A stretch of 63,893 nt of DNA, filler included, from Mitosporidium daphniae (Eukaryota): NCBI RefSeq assembly GCF_000760515.2. It is 5 parts of 5 records of this genome, joined end to end, with 100 filler letters (N's around TTAATTAATTAA, not from the genome) between each part and the next. Parts side by side here need not be neighbours in the genome. Positions count along the whole stretch, not along the records: positions 26,584 to 39,489 come from NW_013546701.1; positions 39,590 to 52,481 come from NW_013546699.1; 3 more parts are not named here. One strand, written 5' to 3'. The notes beneath the pieces are model-generated. The model saw only the letters and a list, made by a program, of their open reading frames with translations, had not been told where the DNA came from and searched no databases. Position numbers and translations under genes: made by a program. Below, piece after piece: positions 36,098-47,477 of this stretch (the stretch's first letter is position 1; every line of letters begins with the position of its first letter).

Positions 36098-37774
36098 TCA
36101 ATTTTTAATTACAAATGGACACAATAGAGGCACATCGGTGATGATTTTCAGCAATGTGTGCTTTGAAACTCGTAGCTGGTAGAAATCCACGATTGAGGTT
36201 TTGGTTTTACTTGGGTGGCTCTGACAGTGTTTTAGCAGGCCTTTTCCTTCAAGGAGCTGGACCACTTGGCAGAATTCCAAATAATCCAAAGATGGGATTT
36301 GGAGGGACTTGTTCAAGCATATCCACTGATATTTGGCATAAATTGCCTGGAAAGTCAAAGTTAGCTCTTCACTCTCCAATAGCAAAACGGCCAATAGAAT
36401 AACTTGATGCTGAAGAGGAAGCTCAATAAACTGAGCGGTTGTTATTTTCCCAAAAGTTGGTGTTGTGACCTGCTGAATGTGGGAATACGAGACCAAATGA
36501 GAAAGTGCATCGCCGGATGCGACATATTCTCTTTCTGCAATGTCCACGGCCAAGCTGAAGATGTCAAAAACTTTTCTAATATCTCCGGTGGTTGAAAATT
36601 TCCGGCTGCACAGCTCCAATGCTAGTGGGTGAAATCCCAAGTGCTTTTTGTGAGCATGGATTGTAAGGTTTTTGTTATTGCAAACGGCATCGGAAATCCT
36701 TGTAGAAACCACATTTACAAGCTGGTCGTATGTGAGTGGGCTGAAAGGACAATGGTTTGGCGTTTGAACTTCAAATAAAAATTGATGGTCTTACTGTCCG
36801 CAAGTGAAAATGCTTCTGAGCACCTATCAATCAGGTCAAGCGAGTTTGCAATGCCAATTACAGTGAGGTTCATTTTATAGAGTTGAGTCCACTTGACAAG
36901 ATTTACAAGTAGATTGTTTTTGTCGTCAAATCTGTTTGCTTTAAAGACATTAAAAAGATGGTCGACTTCATCTAAAACTAATACACTAAAGAAAAACATA
37001 AATCAAATACATTTTAGTTTCTGAGATCGAGAGTTCTTTGGCCAAAATTTCACTGAACGAAAAGCTTGAATCATTGGCTGAGATGTCAAGATGCTCAAAA
37101 ATTTGTTGGTATAATCGCCTAACATCAGAGATGGACAGGCAATTGATGCTAATGATTTTAATTTTTTCATTCTAGTATATTAGCATTTGTCAGCAGCATC
37201 TTACTGATTTTCGTGAAATAAAATCGTGAACAAACGCAGACTTTCCACATCCAGGTGGCCCAGTCACAAATAAACAAGCATTTCTTGGCTGTTGCTCAGA
37301 GTCATGCTTGGTGATGTTTCTTGACCAAAAGAGTTCGAAAAAATCTAATTCCGTGCTCCTTGACGATAAAATCGATGAAGAAGACGGAATAAAAGACCTA
37401 TGAAAGCAAGATCTAATCACGTTGAACCAGTCGAAAATGTCAATATAGTGGTCATTATCAAGCGAATGATGTCCGCCGCTGTTTAATCGGGGACTTTGAT
37501 CTCCGCTTGACAAGACTCTTTTGGTGAAACATGTTGCGATGGCCAGTGATTCTAATTGTTGAGAATTTTGCAAATTGTTGACGCCGTCTAAAGATAGCTT
37601 TGCAAACAATCTCCGCTTTCTGGTTACCGGCGGCGAAGAGGCTACTTTTGCCAATTCCTGGGCGTTTTCTTTGTTTGAATCATCCTTGTCATTGACGTGA
37701 GATCCAGACGTAGCGGTTGAGAGGGGGGACTTTTGTGAGTTCTTAATGGAGGATCTGGCTCTGGTTATCATCAT
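36098..37774 (-). CDS. CDC6: Cell division control protein 6, spliced
   Basis: Walker A LFVTGPPGCGKS, Walker B VLVLDEVDHL, GIANSLDLIDR, GDIRKVFDI, winged-helix tail. Confidence 0.9.
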
Positions 37775-37830
37775 TTTTGAAGAAAAGCAATAAATACCCT
37801 TGCACTAAAATGCGGGCATAAATGATGAGG

Positions 37831-37844
37831 GCGCCATTTGGCGC
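37831..37844. promoter_or_regulatory. Palindromic E2F-like element GCGCCATTTGGCGC upstream of CDC6
   Basis: Contains TTTGGCGC plus an inverted GCGCCA, 56 nt upstream of the CDC6 ATG. Confidence 0.5.
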
Positions 37845-37936
37845 TTAAAATCAACGATTCAATTGTAAGTTATAAAAACCGATCCGCCGAAGGGTTAGCG
37901 GTTTTTTTTATTTAATTTTTTTATTTTTCGTTTTAA

Positions 37937-38317
37937 ATGCTGCCAAGGTGGCATAAATTCAGAGCTACCTTTTTTATTAGATCGGGTCTCCACAGATCTT
38001 TTTCTTCTGCCATTAAAAGAGAAAATGTACCTCATATTAATAATTCATCGATCCAATTGCACCAAATAGACTCTTTCCCAGAAATTCCACCAAGCTCTCC
38101 AGAGTATGAGTCCTTCAGAAGCATTGTAAATTCAATTAGATCCAATCCGGATCCATCATCTCGGTTTTTACTGGGCTTTACATGCAAAGTTTGCTCAAAA
38201 AGGCATTACAAGTCGATATCCAAAATCGCATACAACAAAGGACTCGTTCTGGTTGAGTGTGACGGTTGCAACAACCGGCATCTTATCAAAGACAATATCG
38301 GATGGTTCAAGCAGTAA
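37937..38317 (+). CDS. ZIM17: Mitochondrial DNL zinc-finger chaperone
   Basis: FTCKVCSKR...ISKIAYNKGLVLVECDGCNNRHLIKDNIGWF; presequence-like N-terminus. Confidence 0.94.
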   Translation: MLPRWHKFRATFFIRSGLHRSFSSAIKRENVPHINNSSIQLHQIDSFPEIPPSSPEYESFRSIVNSIRSNPDPSSRFLLGFTCKVCSKRHYKSISKIAYNKGLVLVECDGCNNRHLIKDNIGWFKQ

Positions 38318-38384
38318 ACAGACCTATTTACTTTTTTAATTTTATTCAAAAGGTTTATGGAATCAAAATAATACATAATAAACA

Positions 38385-39489
38385 TCAATTGTAGCAGCCA
38401 CTTTCAATAGGGGTCTCGTTGATCCCAAAGGCTTTCATAATTTTAGAATACATTTCAAAGCGACGGACGGCTTTTTGATTTCTGCCGCCACCGCATTCGA
38501 GGGCGCCATTAATGGCCTTAATAGTAGCTCCAAACTTTCCTTCCGTTACGCCAGGCGCAGTATGTACTCTTGTTTTCCAGTACCAAAAAGCGGTAGCCCA
38601 TGCTACTTTTTCGTCAGTTGCAACAGAATTTGGGTTCGAAAGCAAGATCTTTTCATCTCCATAAAGATCTTTAGAAGCTGCAGCATAATTTGCTTTCCAT
38701 GTCAATTGGATATATCCACGTCCAAAGAAAACGGTACCATCTGCCGCAGCGTCGTACTGGCCTTTACAACCGTTGGCTTGACACTGAATTTCAGATTTGG
38801 CTTGGAGACCATCTGATTCATGTAGGACATTGGCCAAGAACATGGCGAGTTCTCGTTTCGAGTTAATGGCTGAAAAAGGGATACCCGCAATGAATGCTTT
38901 ATACTTTTCCGAAGATGGCTGGGGAAATCCGCAAGCAGAAACAGCAGAAGTAAACTCTTGTTCAGTGGCAGTAACTTTGCTAGATCCTTCGGAACCAGCA
39001 GATCCCCCAGGAGTAACAGCAGCGGTACTACCTGAAGAGCCAGATGAATTGCTTGATGCACTTGCTCCTGTTGAGGAGCTTGTGACATTGTTTGTAGAGT
39101 TGTTTGCGACACTTGCTCCTGTTGATGAGGTGGTGGCATTGTTGGTAGAGTTAGTTGTTGCAGATACAGCGTTCTTAATGGGAGAAGCTGCTTCTTTAAC
39201 AGGAGTAGAAGATGGTATCTGTGTTGAATTAACCTTAGAAGAGGAATCAGATGCTGAAGTGTTCTTTTGAGTGGGTTGGGGTTGCGGTAATGCTGCTGGA
39301 AGAGGCTGCGGTGATCCAGATGCGGTAGGTTTTGGTGTTGATGGGGCTGGGGCTGGGGCTGGGGTGGGTGCTTGTGGAGTTGATGGGGCTGGGGTAGGTG
39401 CTTGTGGTGTTGATGGGGCTGAAGAAGGCGCTTGTGGTGTTGATGGGGCTGAAGGAGGCGCTTGTGGTGTTGATGGGGCTGAAGGAGGC
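38385..39489 (-). CDS. GH19 chitinase with a long Pro/Ser/Thr-rich region; N-terminus in gap
   Basis: RELAMFLANVLHESDGL, FFGRGYIQLTWKANY, TAFWYW, FGATIKAINGALEC; upstream PPSAPSTPQA repeats. Confidence 0.93.
39330..39489. repeat. 30-nt coding tandem repeat (gcttgtggtgttgatggggctgaaggaggc) running into gap
   Basis: Directly visible; encodes PPSAPSTPQA on the - strand. Confidence 0.9.
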
Positions 39490-39589
39490 NNNNNNNNNNN
39501 NNNNNNNNNNNNNNNNNNNNNNNNNNNNNNNNNTTAATTAATTAANNNNNNNNNNNNNNNNNNNNNNNNNNNNNNNNNNNNNNNNNNNN
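39490..39589. other. Assembly gap with stop linker
   Basis: N run with TTAATTAATTAA. Confidence 0.98.
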
Positions 39590-39598
39590 TAACCTTAA

Positions 39599-40273
39599 TT
39601 TCATCATCAAGAGGATTCAGGGAATCAAGAGGATTCAGAGTATTCAGAGGATCAAGAGGATTCAGAGAATCAAGAGAATCAAGAGAATCAAGAGGATCCA
39701 GAGGATCCAGAGAATCAAGAGGATCCAGAGGATCCAGAGAATCACCAGAATAGCTTGATAAAATCTACTCGTGAGGATACATTTAAACTTGATGATGAAA
39801 TTAAGGTTATATTTTCGAGTGAAAATGAATCCAAAAGAGCGGGCTTGATGGGCCCCAAGCTCCTGTTTTGCTATCGTATCCTTAAGAAGATTGGCATGGT
39901 AGGTTCCATACCGACTTGTATTGGTCTTTGGGTTTCGTGTACTCTTGTCTTTTTCTTTAGCGACGAAGAAGCTAAAGGAAGTCTTTGTTTAGTACTCACT
40001 GTGATCTCGTCTTTATTCTCGATGCTTCAATATCTTACTCAAGCACTCAAAATCCTCTCTCAAAAAAAAGGTAAGCTTACGATTACCTTTCCAGCCCTTC
40101 TTCTCCCATGTGCATCCAATATTTTTCTTCTAATGCAACTGATTTCTGCAAATAGCATTCTTGAAGCGGTTCCGTACATTATCAGCATTTTTCTTCAATT
40201 GATAATTATTTTTAGCAAGGCCCTCTATGAGTTGAAAAAAAAAGAGGTTGAATTACCGTCTTTCGGTGAATAA
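39599..40273 (+). CDS. Partial membrane protein, degenerate PQ-loop-like, preceded by acidic 9-nt repeats
   Basis: (EDS/ENQ/EDP)n at 39607-39742 in frame with SMLQYLTQALKILSQKKGKLTI and four hydrophobic segments. Confidence 0.5.
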   Translation, partial: FHHQEDSGNQEDSEYSEDQEDSENQENQENQEDPEDPENQEDPEDPENHQNSLIKSTREDTFKLDDEIKVIFSSENESKRAGLMGPKLLFCYRILKKIGMVGSIPTCIGLWVSCTLVFFFSDEEAKGSLCLVLTVISSLFSMLQYLTQALKILSQKKGKLTITFPALLLPCASNIFLLMQLISANSILEAVPYIISIFLQLIIIFSKALYELKKKEVELPSFGE

Positions 40274-40631
40274 ACCGTCACAATGATCTTACTTGATAAT
40301 AGTAAGCTACTTTTCACTTTCTTAATAAACTTTAATAACAAACAAAAAGCCAAGAAATAGTTATCTTTACGCTTGAGCATCAGTGTGAGTTTTTACAAGA
40401 TGCATATTTCCTCGGCAAAGCCAACTGTTGAATTCAATTCGGCTGCGTGATTTCGAATTTATTGGTGATGGCGATTGCATGCAAAATGTTTGGCATGGGC
40501 TAAAATTGCAATTTTTTAACGTAATTTTTAATTTACTGGCCGTCAATTTTATTTGTTTAAACTCTGTCCAATTGAATGCAACTTCCTTGTAATGGAGAGT
40601 TTTGACTGCTTATTTTTCATTTCCTCAGTAA

Positions 40632-41711
40632 ATGAAATTCAATACTATTGCTATACTATTAGCCGTATTTTATCTTTCACAAGTGCTCGAGGGAAAGGCT
40701 CAAAAAAAGAGAAAAATCAAGTCACCGACCCAAGAAACTCCCATCAGCTCCGGTTTTGCTGCGGATCCCATCAGCTTAAGTTTTAATTCGGATTTGAAGA
40801 AACTTCAGGATGAACTCAATGCTTCTTCAAGTATTAATGGAAAATATGAAACACCCATATTTGATAGTCCAAAATATGACATTTCTCCCGCAGTTAAAGT
40901 ATCGTTTGTAGAAACTCAAAATCCGGTCTCACGGTCTAAAGCAGTTCGAAATCTGGAAACACAATCTGACATAATTGGCGACCCCATTTCAAAATATGGT
41001 GGATCTTATAATACCGATGCACGTCCTAAAATAACTAACAATAGTATTGCACCGCTTAAAGCGCTACCTAATCCCTCTGCTTTGACCGAGCTTTCATCTT
41101 CTTTAAAGAAATCACCTGCCAATGATTCTATTGCATTGCAAAGTTTTGAATTTGCACCTTTAGTGGATCTTGAAAGAAATAAGTCGAATGTGAAGGATAA
41201 AACTGACGACATCCCCAAAATATTTAACGATGGATTTTTCCTCAATAAGAATCTCAATACAGCCAAAGTGCCATGGTATACAGAAAGCTTTAAGACGTTA
41301 TTCGCGGCGTTAAATGAACTTCAAACGACTCATTTTATTTTTTTGCTTCCTTTGCTGATTGAAAAGTACACGTTGATCCTTCTTACTTTTATCAATGACT
41401 TTTTATTAGAGTACAGTCTTTCAAACCAATTCACCGCATGTACATTGTTTCTCATCTATATAATTTCTTTTGTATCTGTTGTCGAGTGTTGTTGCTCCGC
41501 CAAAGATACATCTTCAACACCAGACGATGAGGTCAAGAAACGCGAGAAGAAAAAGAAAAATGCGGAAATATCATCATCGTCATCGTCATCATCATCATCA
41601 TCAGATTCTCAAGATTCATCATCGTGGTTTACATTTGGAAATTCTGCGGACGATAAAAACAGTAAGAAGTCCCGTGATAAAAAAAAGGCTACCAAAGATT
41701 CTTCTGAATAA
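40632..41711 (+). CDS. Hypothetical signal-peptide and TM protein, 359 aa
   Basis: MKFNTIAILLAVFYLSQVLEG, C-terminal TMs, CCC, KKREKKKK, poly-Ser from (TCA)n. Confidence 0.7.
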   Translation: MKFNTIAILLAVFYLSQVLEGKAQKKRKIKSPTQETPISSGFAADPISLSFNSDLKKLQDELNASSSINGKYETPIFDSPKYDISPAVKVSFVETQNPVSRSKAVRNLETQSDIIGDPISKYGGSYNTDARPKITNNSIAPLKALPNPSALTELSSSLKKSPANDSIALQSFEFAPLVDLERNKSNVKDKTDDIPKIFNDGFFLNKNLNTAKVPWYTESFKTLFAALNELQTTHFIFLLPLLIEKYTLILLTFINDFLLEYSLSNQFTACTLFLIYIISFVSVVECCCSAKDTSSTPDDEVKKREKKKKNAEISSSSSSSSSSSDSQDSSSWFTFGNSADDKNSKKSRDKKKATKDSSE

Positions 41712-41729
41712 ATTTTTTGAATTTGTAAA

Positions 41730-43037
41730 ATGGTTTACCCAGTAAAATTTGTTAACCGGATCATTAATTATCCGGAGGCTGCAGACTTTTCAACATTAAA
41801 AGACGAAATTCATAGGCTCGTTAGCGATGAACTGGGCATTTGGAGTGAAATTCCATCTTCATGCTCCTCGTTATTGATATCCAAGTGTGCTGGGGGGCTG
41901 TCGAATATTGTTCTTAAAGTTGAAAATCATGCCCAAATCACACCAATATCGATTTTGGTCAGGCTATTTGGAACCGGAAAGTCAATGTGCTCTTCCAGAC
42001 AAAGATTGGAAACATTTTGGATGTCTTTGCTATCTGAAGTTGGGAATTGCCCCAAGGTCCTGCTTGAATTCGCAAATGGGCGCATAGAGACATTTCTAGA
42101 AGATTATTTTACACTCACCCTGGAGGATATCAGATCAGACTTTTATTCGATCAAAATCGCGAGGGAACTTGCTGCGATCCACAAGCAAACAGACAAAATT
42201 TTGAAAGGGACCGTTGAATTCCTTGATGGCAATGCTGGCTCTCTCTTTACGGTCGACTCTATCTTAAAAGACATTGGTTTGCTTGGAAATTCTTTTGAAC
42301 AGTTTTTTGGATCCAAATATTCGTCATTCAATCCGTTTCTCCTTGATCTTCTCGGTGAAATCTGTATTTATGACGAGAAATTTAAAGGGATTTTACATTT
42401 TATTACATGCACCCTTCGAGAGATATCCAAGGACCAAAAGGCAATCGTTTTCATACACGGAGATCTGTTGAATGCCAATATAATGGCATCCAACAGTCAT
42501 CCAAAAAGGATCGCATTTATAGACTATGAATATGCTGGGTTTGGAAGCAGAGCATTGGACATTGCCAACCATTTTTGCGAATACATGAATTGCTTTGCCA
42601 CTTTGGAACCGTATATGCACAACTACCACCTTTTTCCTGATGATGCCCGAATTTTCGCCTTCATAAACACCTACATTAGAGAGTTGGATGCGGAAATGGC
42701 CGATTTCGCACTATCAGAACACAAAGCCCAAGAAATCATTAACGAAGTTCTTTTTTTTTCGTGCGTCGTTTCAATTAGATGGACATTGTGGGCGCTTTTT
42801 CAATTCAGGATGAGAATAGACGCATTGCCGCCCTCGAAATTGCCAACCAAGCTTTCTGATATTGACAACCTTGAAAGCCCATTTTTCTACATTGCCTATG
42901 CCAAGTATAAGTTTAGACACCTGGAAAAGCTGGTTTCCCATCCCTCTCGTCCCAATCCAATACTGAAGGTCAAAAGCTCGCTGGCGTCGGGCACGACGAT
43001 GGATGTAGTTTTCCCATTGAGCTACCTTAATTTTTAA
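41730..43037 (+). CDS. Choline/ethanolamine kinase
   Basis: GGLSN, LVRLFG, Brenner motif HGDLLNANI, FIDYEYAG, DIANHFCEY. Confidence 0.92.
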   Translation: MVYPVKFVNRIINYPEAADFSTLKDEIHRLVSDELGIWSEIPSSCSSLLISKCAGGLSNIVLKVENHAQITPISILVRLFGTGKSMCSSRQRLETFWMSLLSEVGNCPKVLLEFANGRIETFLEDYFTLTLEDIRSDFYSIKIARELAAIHKQTDKILKGTVEFLDGNAGSLFTVDSILKDIGLLGNSFEQFFGSKYSSFNPFLLDLLGEICIYDEKFKGILHFITCTLREISKDQKAIVFIHGDLLNANIMASNSHPKRIAFIDYEYAGFGSRALDIANHFCEYMNCFATLEPYMHNYHLFPDDARIFAFINTYIRELDAEMADFALSEHKAQEIINEVLFFSCVVSIRWTLWALFQFRMRIDALPPSKLPTKLSDIDNLESPFFYIAYAKYKFRHLEKLVSHPSRPNPILKVKSSLASGTTMDVVFPLSYLNF

Positions 43038-43064
43038 AATGTTTTAGTTCATAAATTTTAAATT

Positions 43065-45600
43065 ATGTCCTTCATTGTTTGCAAATGTCTTTCCGAGAAC
43101 GATGCCATGCACAATGCGGCGTTTGTAAACTCTGCAGATTCAAAGGCAAACACAAATTGTGTGTTGATCGAAAATTGCTATTACCTGTCATACAAGTAGG
43201 ATACTTTTTTGCAAGCTTTTAGGATTGACGACAATGTCCCTAAAGGGCAGATCGGGCTCTCCGTTTTTCACAGGGAATGGGCCAATGTCTCGCTCAATCA
43301 AATCGTCAAGGCCAAATTCATGGATCTGGAAGCTAGCCTTGGATCTTGCGTGTACATTTCAAAAATCATCTTGGAGGTATGTTTGTGCCAATTTATGTGC
43401 GCTAGCTCAAATTTTGGAAAAAGTCCGCCTCCAATGACATTCCATTTTCCACCGACGACATATCGACGTGTTTTGTCTCAACCTTCCCCTTTAAAATCAT
43501 ATCTACATCGCAGCCAATGATATTTGATTTTCAAGGAAAATTGCTCGTTGCCACTGCAAGCAGCATTGAAACCAGCTCTCTTAAAAACATAACCGGATTG
43601 GATCGTAAAGCCGATTCTTCCTTTTCCACGGCTCAAATTGGTATATTACTTCCGCAATCCTCTGTATTTTTTGTCAAAAGCCCGCAGTCTCAAATCAAAC
43701 TGACAGGCTCGTCCTCCTCCACCATTGCTTCAAACAGAACGCTTCTCAAGCCAAACTTCAAGTTTGAGGATTTGGGAATCGGTGGGCTGGATGAAGAATT
43801 TACCATCTTTTTTCGACGCGCATTTGCCTCGCGAATCTTTCCTCAAATGATAATTGAAAAACTAGGCATCAAGCATGTGAAGGGCATTTTGTTGTTTGGA
43901 CCTCCTGGGACAGGAAAGACTTTGATTGCCCGCCAAATAGGTACAGCTTGTTGTCAAAGTTTTAGGAATTATGTTGCAAGCCCGTGAACCGAAGATTGTA
44001 AATGGCCCTGAAATTCTGAACAAATATGTGGGTCAATCGGAGGAGAACGTTAGGAACCTGTTTAAAGATGCCGAAGTCGAATACAAAGCAAAGGGAGACG
44101 ACTCTCTACTGCATATTATCATATTTGACGAGTTGGATGCCATATGTAAGCAAAGAGGCTCCAAGGCAGACAACACTGGCGTTGGTGATTCCGTTGTCAA
44201 TCAGCTGTTATCCAAGGTACAAATCAATCCTTGCCTCTCTATTTAGTTGGATGGTGTTGAGGAATTGAATAACATTTTTGTTATCGGCATGACAAACCGC
44301 CTCGATTTGATAGACGAGGCACTTATCCGGCCTGGAAGATTGGAAATTCAATTAGAAATAGGTCTTCCCGATGAGGAGGGTCGATTGCAAATCCTGAACA
44401 TCCACACAGAAAAGGTAACCTTTTCAAAAGCATTGACCGACATAGATGAGGGCAAATAATTTTCTCAATGCCGATGTGAATTTGGCCGAAATAGCCAAAT
44501 TGACACCCAATTTCACAGGTGCTGAGATAACGGGACTGTTGAAAAGTGCATCTTCATTTGCCTTTTCTCGATATTTCCAGCTAAACTCATCACCCTCCAT
44601 TTCGCTAGCCGAGGCAGAAAAGATCAAAGTTACCAGCGAAGATTTCATGAATGCCCTGGAAGAGGTGCATGCATCTTATGGCTGTTCGTCGGATCAGCTG
44701 GAAATATTTCTTTCAAACGGCTTTTGTATATATTCCGATGTCGTTAAAGTAAGCTGCATGTCGTTTTCATAAAGGATGCGCTTAATACGATGTCGACGGT
44801 TATCAAGCAACTTAGAGAGGATCCAAATACAAACATGCTCAGCGTGCTTTTCCATGGTATTTTGTGTAGCGATATTTGTAGGCGACGCGGGAACCGGAAA
44901 ATCGGCATTGGCCGCATATTTGGCGTTGCAAAGCGAATTTCCTTTCGTTAAGGTTGTCCAGGCCTCTTCGTTTATTGGGCTCAATGAGCTGCAGAAAGCG
45001 GTTGTTCTTGGAAAAGTACTTTTGGCCCTTAACTTTAGGTGTTTGATGATGCCACCAAGTCTCCGCTGAGCTTAATTCTGCTGAATGATATTGAAAACAT
45101 TCTAGGTGGGCGGCATTTCATATTTACGATTTAGATTTTGCCTCCGTTGGTCCCAGGTTTTCCAATAACGTTTTACAGGCTCTTATTTCGTTGCTGGTAA
45201 AGCCGCCAGGCAAGGTATTGTCGCCGTTTGAATTTAATTTTAGTGCAAAAAACTGCTTGTCTTTGGAACTACCAAGCGGCTTGATTTTCTGCAGGACGTC
45301 GAAATAGGACATCAGGTGTTTTCGGTCCTGATTCCGGTGGCTCCTCTCCGTGACGCTGCCTCCATTTTCAATGTAATCAAGGTAAGCCATGCACGTCTGT
45401 CTAACGCTTCGCAGTCGGCCGATGTATTTACCGCACCACAGCTGGATAGCCTGGATGGGTTTTTACACTCCAAGCCAATGATTATTGGAATTAAGAACTT
45501 GTATCATTTGGTACGAAGAGCAAATGTCATCGATGAACATGCAAAGGTGCAGGAATTTATTCGGTCGCTAGAGCCGTTTGTGTTTGATTTTCCAAAGTAA
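43065..45600 (+). CDS. SEC18: Vesicle-fusing ATPase NSF, about 10 introns
   Basis: [58 protein letters not shown], second Walker [13 protein letters not shown]. Confidence 0.96.
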
Positions 45601-45603
45601 TTG

Positions 45604-46588
45604 CTACTCAATAAAAGGCCCAAACTTTTCGAACTTTAGTGAAAAGTCCAGAATTGACTGGGTTGTAGTTAAACACCCGGAACTGATAATATCGATCGAT
45701 TCGTCAAAGTACTTGTCGATGTTTACCATGTCAATGCCACCAGAAGCCTCAATTAAAATTTCCGGGTTCTGGGACTTTAAACGAGCGGCGAGAACGGTAC
45801 AAACTTCCGGCGGGAAATTATCCAGCATAATGATATCCGGTTTGGACGATAAAATGTCATCAAATTCNGAAACTGACGACAGTTCAATTTCAATCTTCAA
45901 GAACGGTCCGTGGAGCGATCTCAGTTGGGATACAGTATCTTTTATAGAAAATCCTTACAATATCGATCAACAAGTTACCCTTTTGCCTTAACAGATGGAT
46001 ATGATTGTCCTTCAACATAACAAGATGAGATAGGTCATTCCTGTGCATCGATATACCTCCAACGGCCAAAGAATACTTCTCGACCAATCTAAATCCTGGA
46101 GTTGTCTTTCTAGTTCCACAAATATGTCCCCTCCAGCGATGACCCAGCTTTAGTTGGTTTAAATTATCTGCTCTACCAAATAAAGCATCAATGCGAAACT
46201 TTGTAGCAATCCCACTAGCACGGGACAATATGTTTAGCGCAGTTCGTTCCGCATGTAAAATATATGAAGAGGGCCCTTCGACTGTTCCGATCGCAGCGAA
46301 AGCATCGATCTTGTCGCCTTCGCTGTAATTCCAATTGACCCTTAAAATATAAACCGATGCAGGTACTTGCATCCAACAAGATCGAACACAGCATTAACGA
46401 AAGGAATACCGGCCAAAATACCCTATCATTATTAGACGCTAAGCTGCCTTTGACTTTCCATAAATGTATGCTGTTTGATGTTCGTTATTGCAGCCAAAGC
46501 GAGAAGAAAAATCATACAGATGAGCATCTTCGGACAGCCATCTTGAGGCCTGTTCTTTAAGAACAAAGGGAGGGCAAAACAGAAACAT
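45604..46588 (-). CDS. BNA6: Quinolinate phosphoribosyltransferase, spliced
   Basis: [65 protein letters not shown]. Confidence 0.95.
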
Positions 46589-46610
46589 TAAAATTTTTGA
46601 TAAACTTTAA

Positions 46611-47458
46611 ATGGAAAGAGTTTCGTGCATTGTAGATGAATTCATGCAATCATTGCAGGATGACTCGGATGCATTAAAGTAAGTTTGGAGAAAGTCAACG
46701 ATAGCACGATAACATTGGCCATCATTAAGGCCAAAATTTTGTCGGAGGATTCATCTGAAGAGGTGAAGAGAGTAGTTGAAATCGAATGGCCTTCCGTAAA
46801 GGAGGTAATAAAAGCGAGGATGGAGGTACTGCTTGATTGGATGATTCAGATTTTAGGAAGCATTAGTAGCAATATCTAAAAAGCCAACACCACGCCCAAG
46901 CGATGTGCCTGTTCAACCACAACCAACTATTCCTAGTAAGCGACGCTCTATATCAACCGAAAGGCCAGCTTCTTGCAGCACCAAATCGGATCATCCAAGC
47001 GCCAAACGAAGCTCTTCAAATAGTAGCTCTCGAGACAGCAGATCTTCAAAGACAGTATCCACAAGTAAAGCAAAGGACCACGAAAAAACCCTTGAAAAGT
47101 TGAAATTTTACATTTCCAAATGCGGCGTCAGAAAGAATTGGAAATCCGAGCTAGATGGACTGCCACCGCTAAAATGCGTTGAAAAATTGAAAGGCATTTT
47201 GGCGGATTTAGGGATGACGGGAAGACCATCTCTAGCGCAATGTAAGGCAATAAAAGAAAAACTGGAATTACAAAGAGAACTCGACGACCTGATTTCTTCT
47301 GAAACAGAAAGGCAGGACAAACCATGTGCAAGCGAGGAAGATGCCAGCAATGACTCGCAAGGCTTAAGCGACGGAGAAACTCCGCCCAAAAAGGTATCGA
47401 CTTTATTTTATGGTAGAATTTGTATCATCATTTATTATCGATTGGAGAAACAGAATAA
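46611..47458 (+). CDS. HIRIP3-like histone-binding protein, spliced
   Basis: LKFYISKCGVRKNWKSEL...LKGILADLGMTGRPSLAQCKAIKEKLELQRELDDL. Confidence 0.75.
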
Positions 47459-47477
47459 ATTTTACACACCAAAATTT

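Noticed and set aside
38797..39537. + strand Gly/Ala/Val-rich ORFs
   Set aside because: Antisense shadow of the chitinase Pro/Ser/Thr linker.
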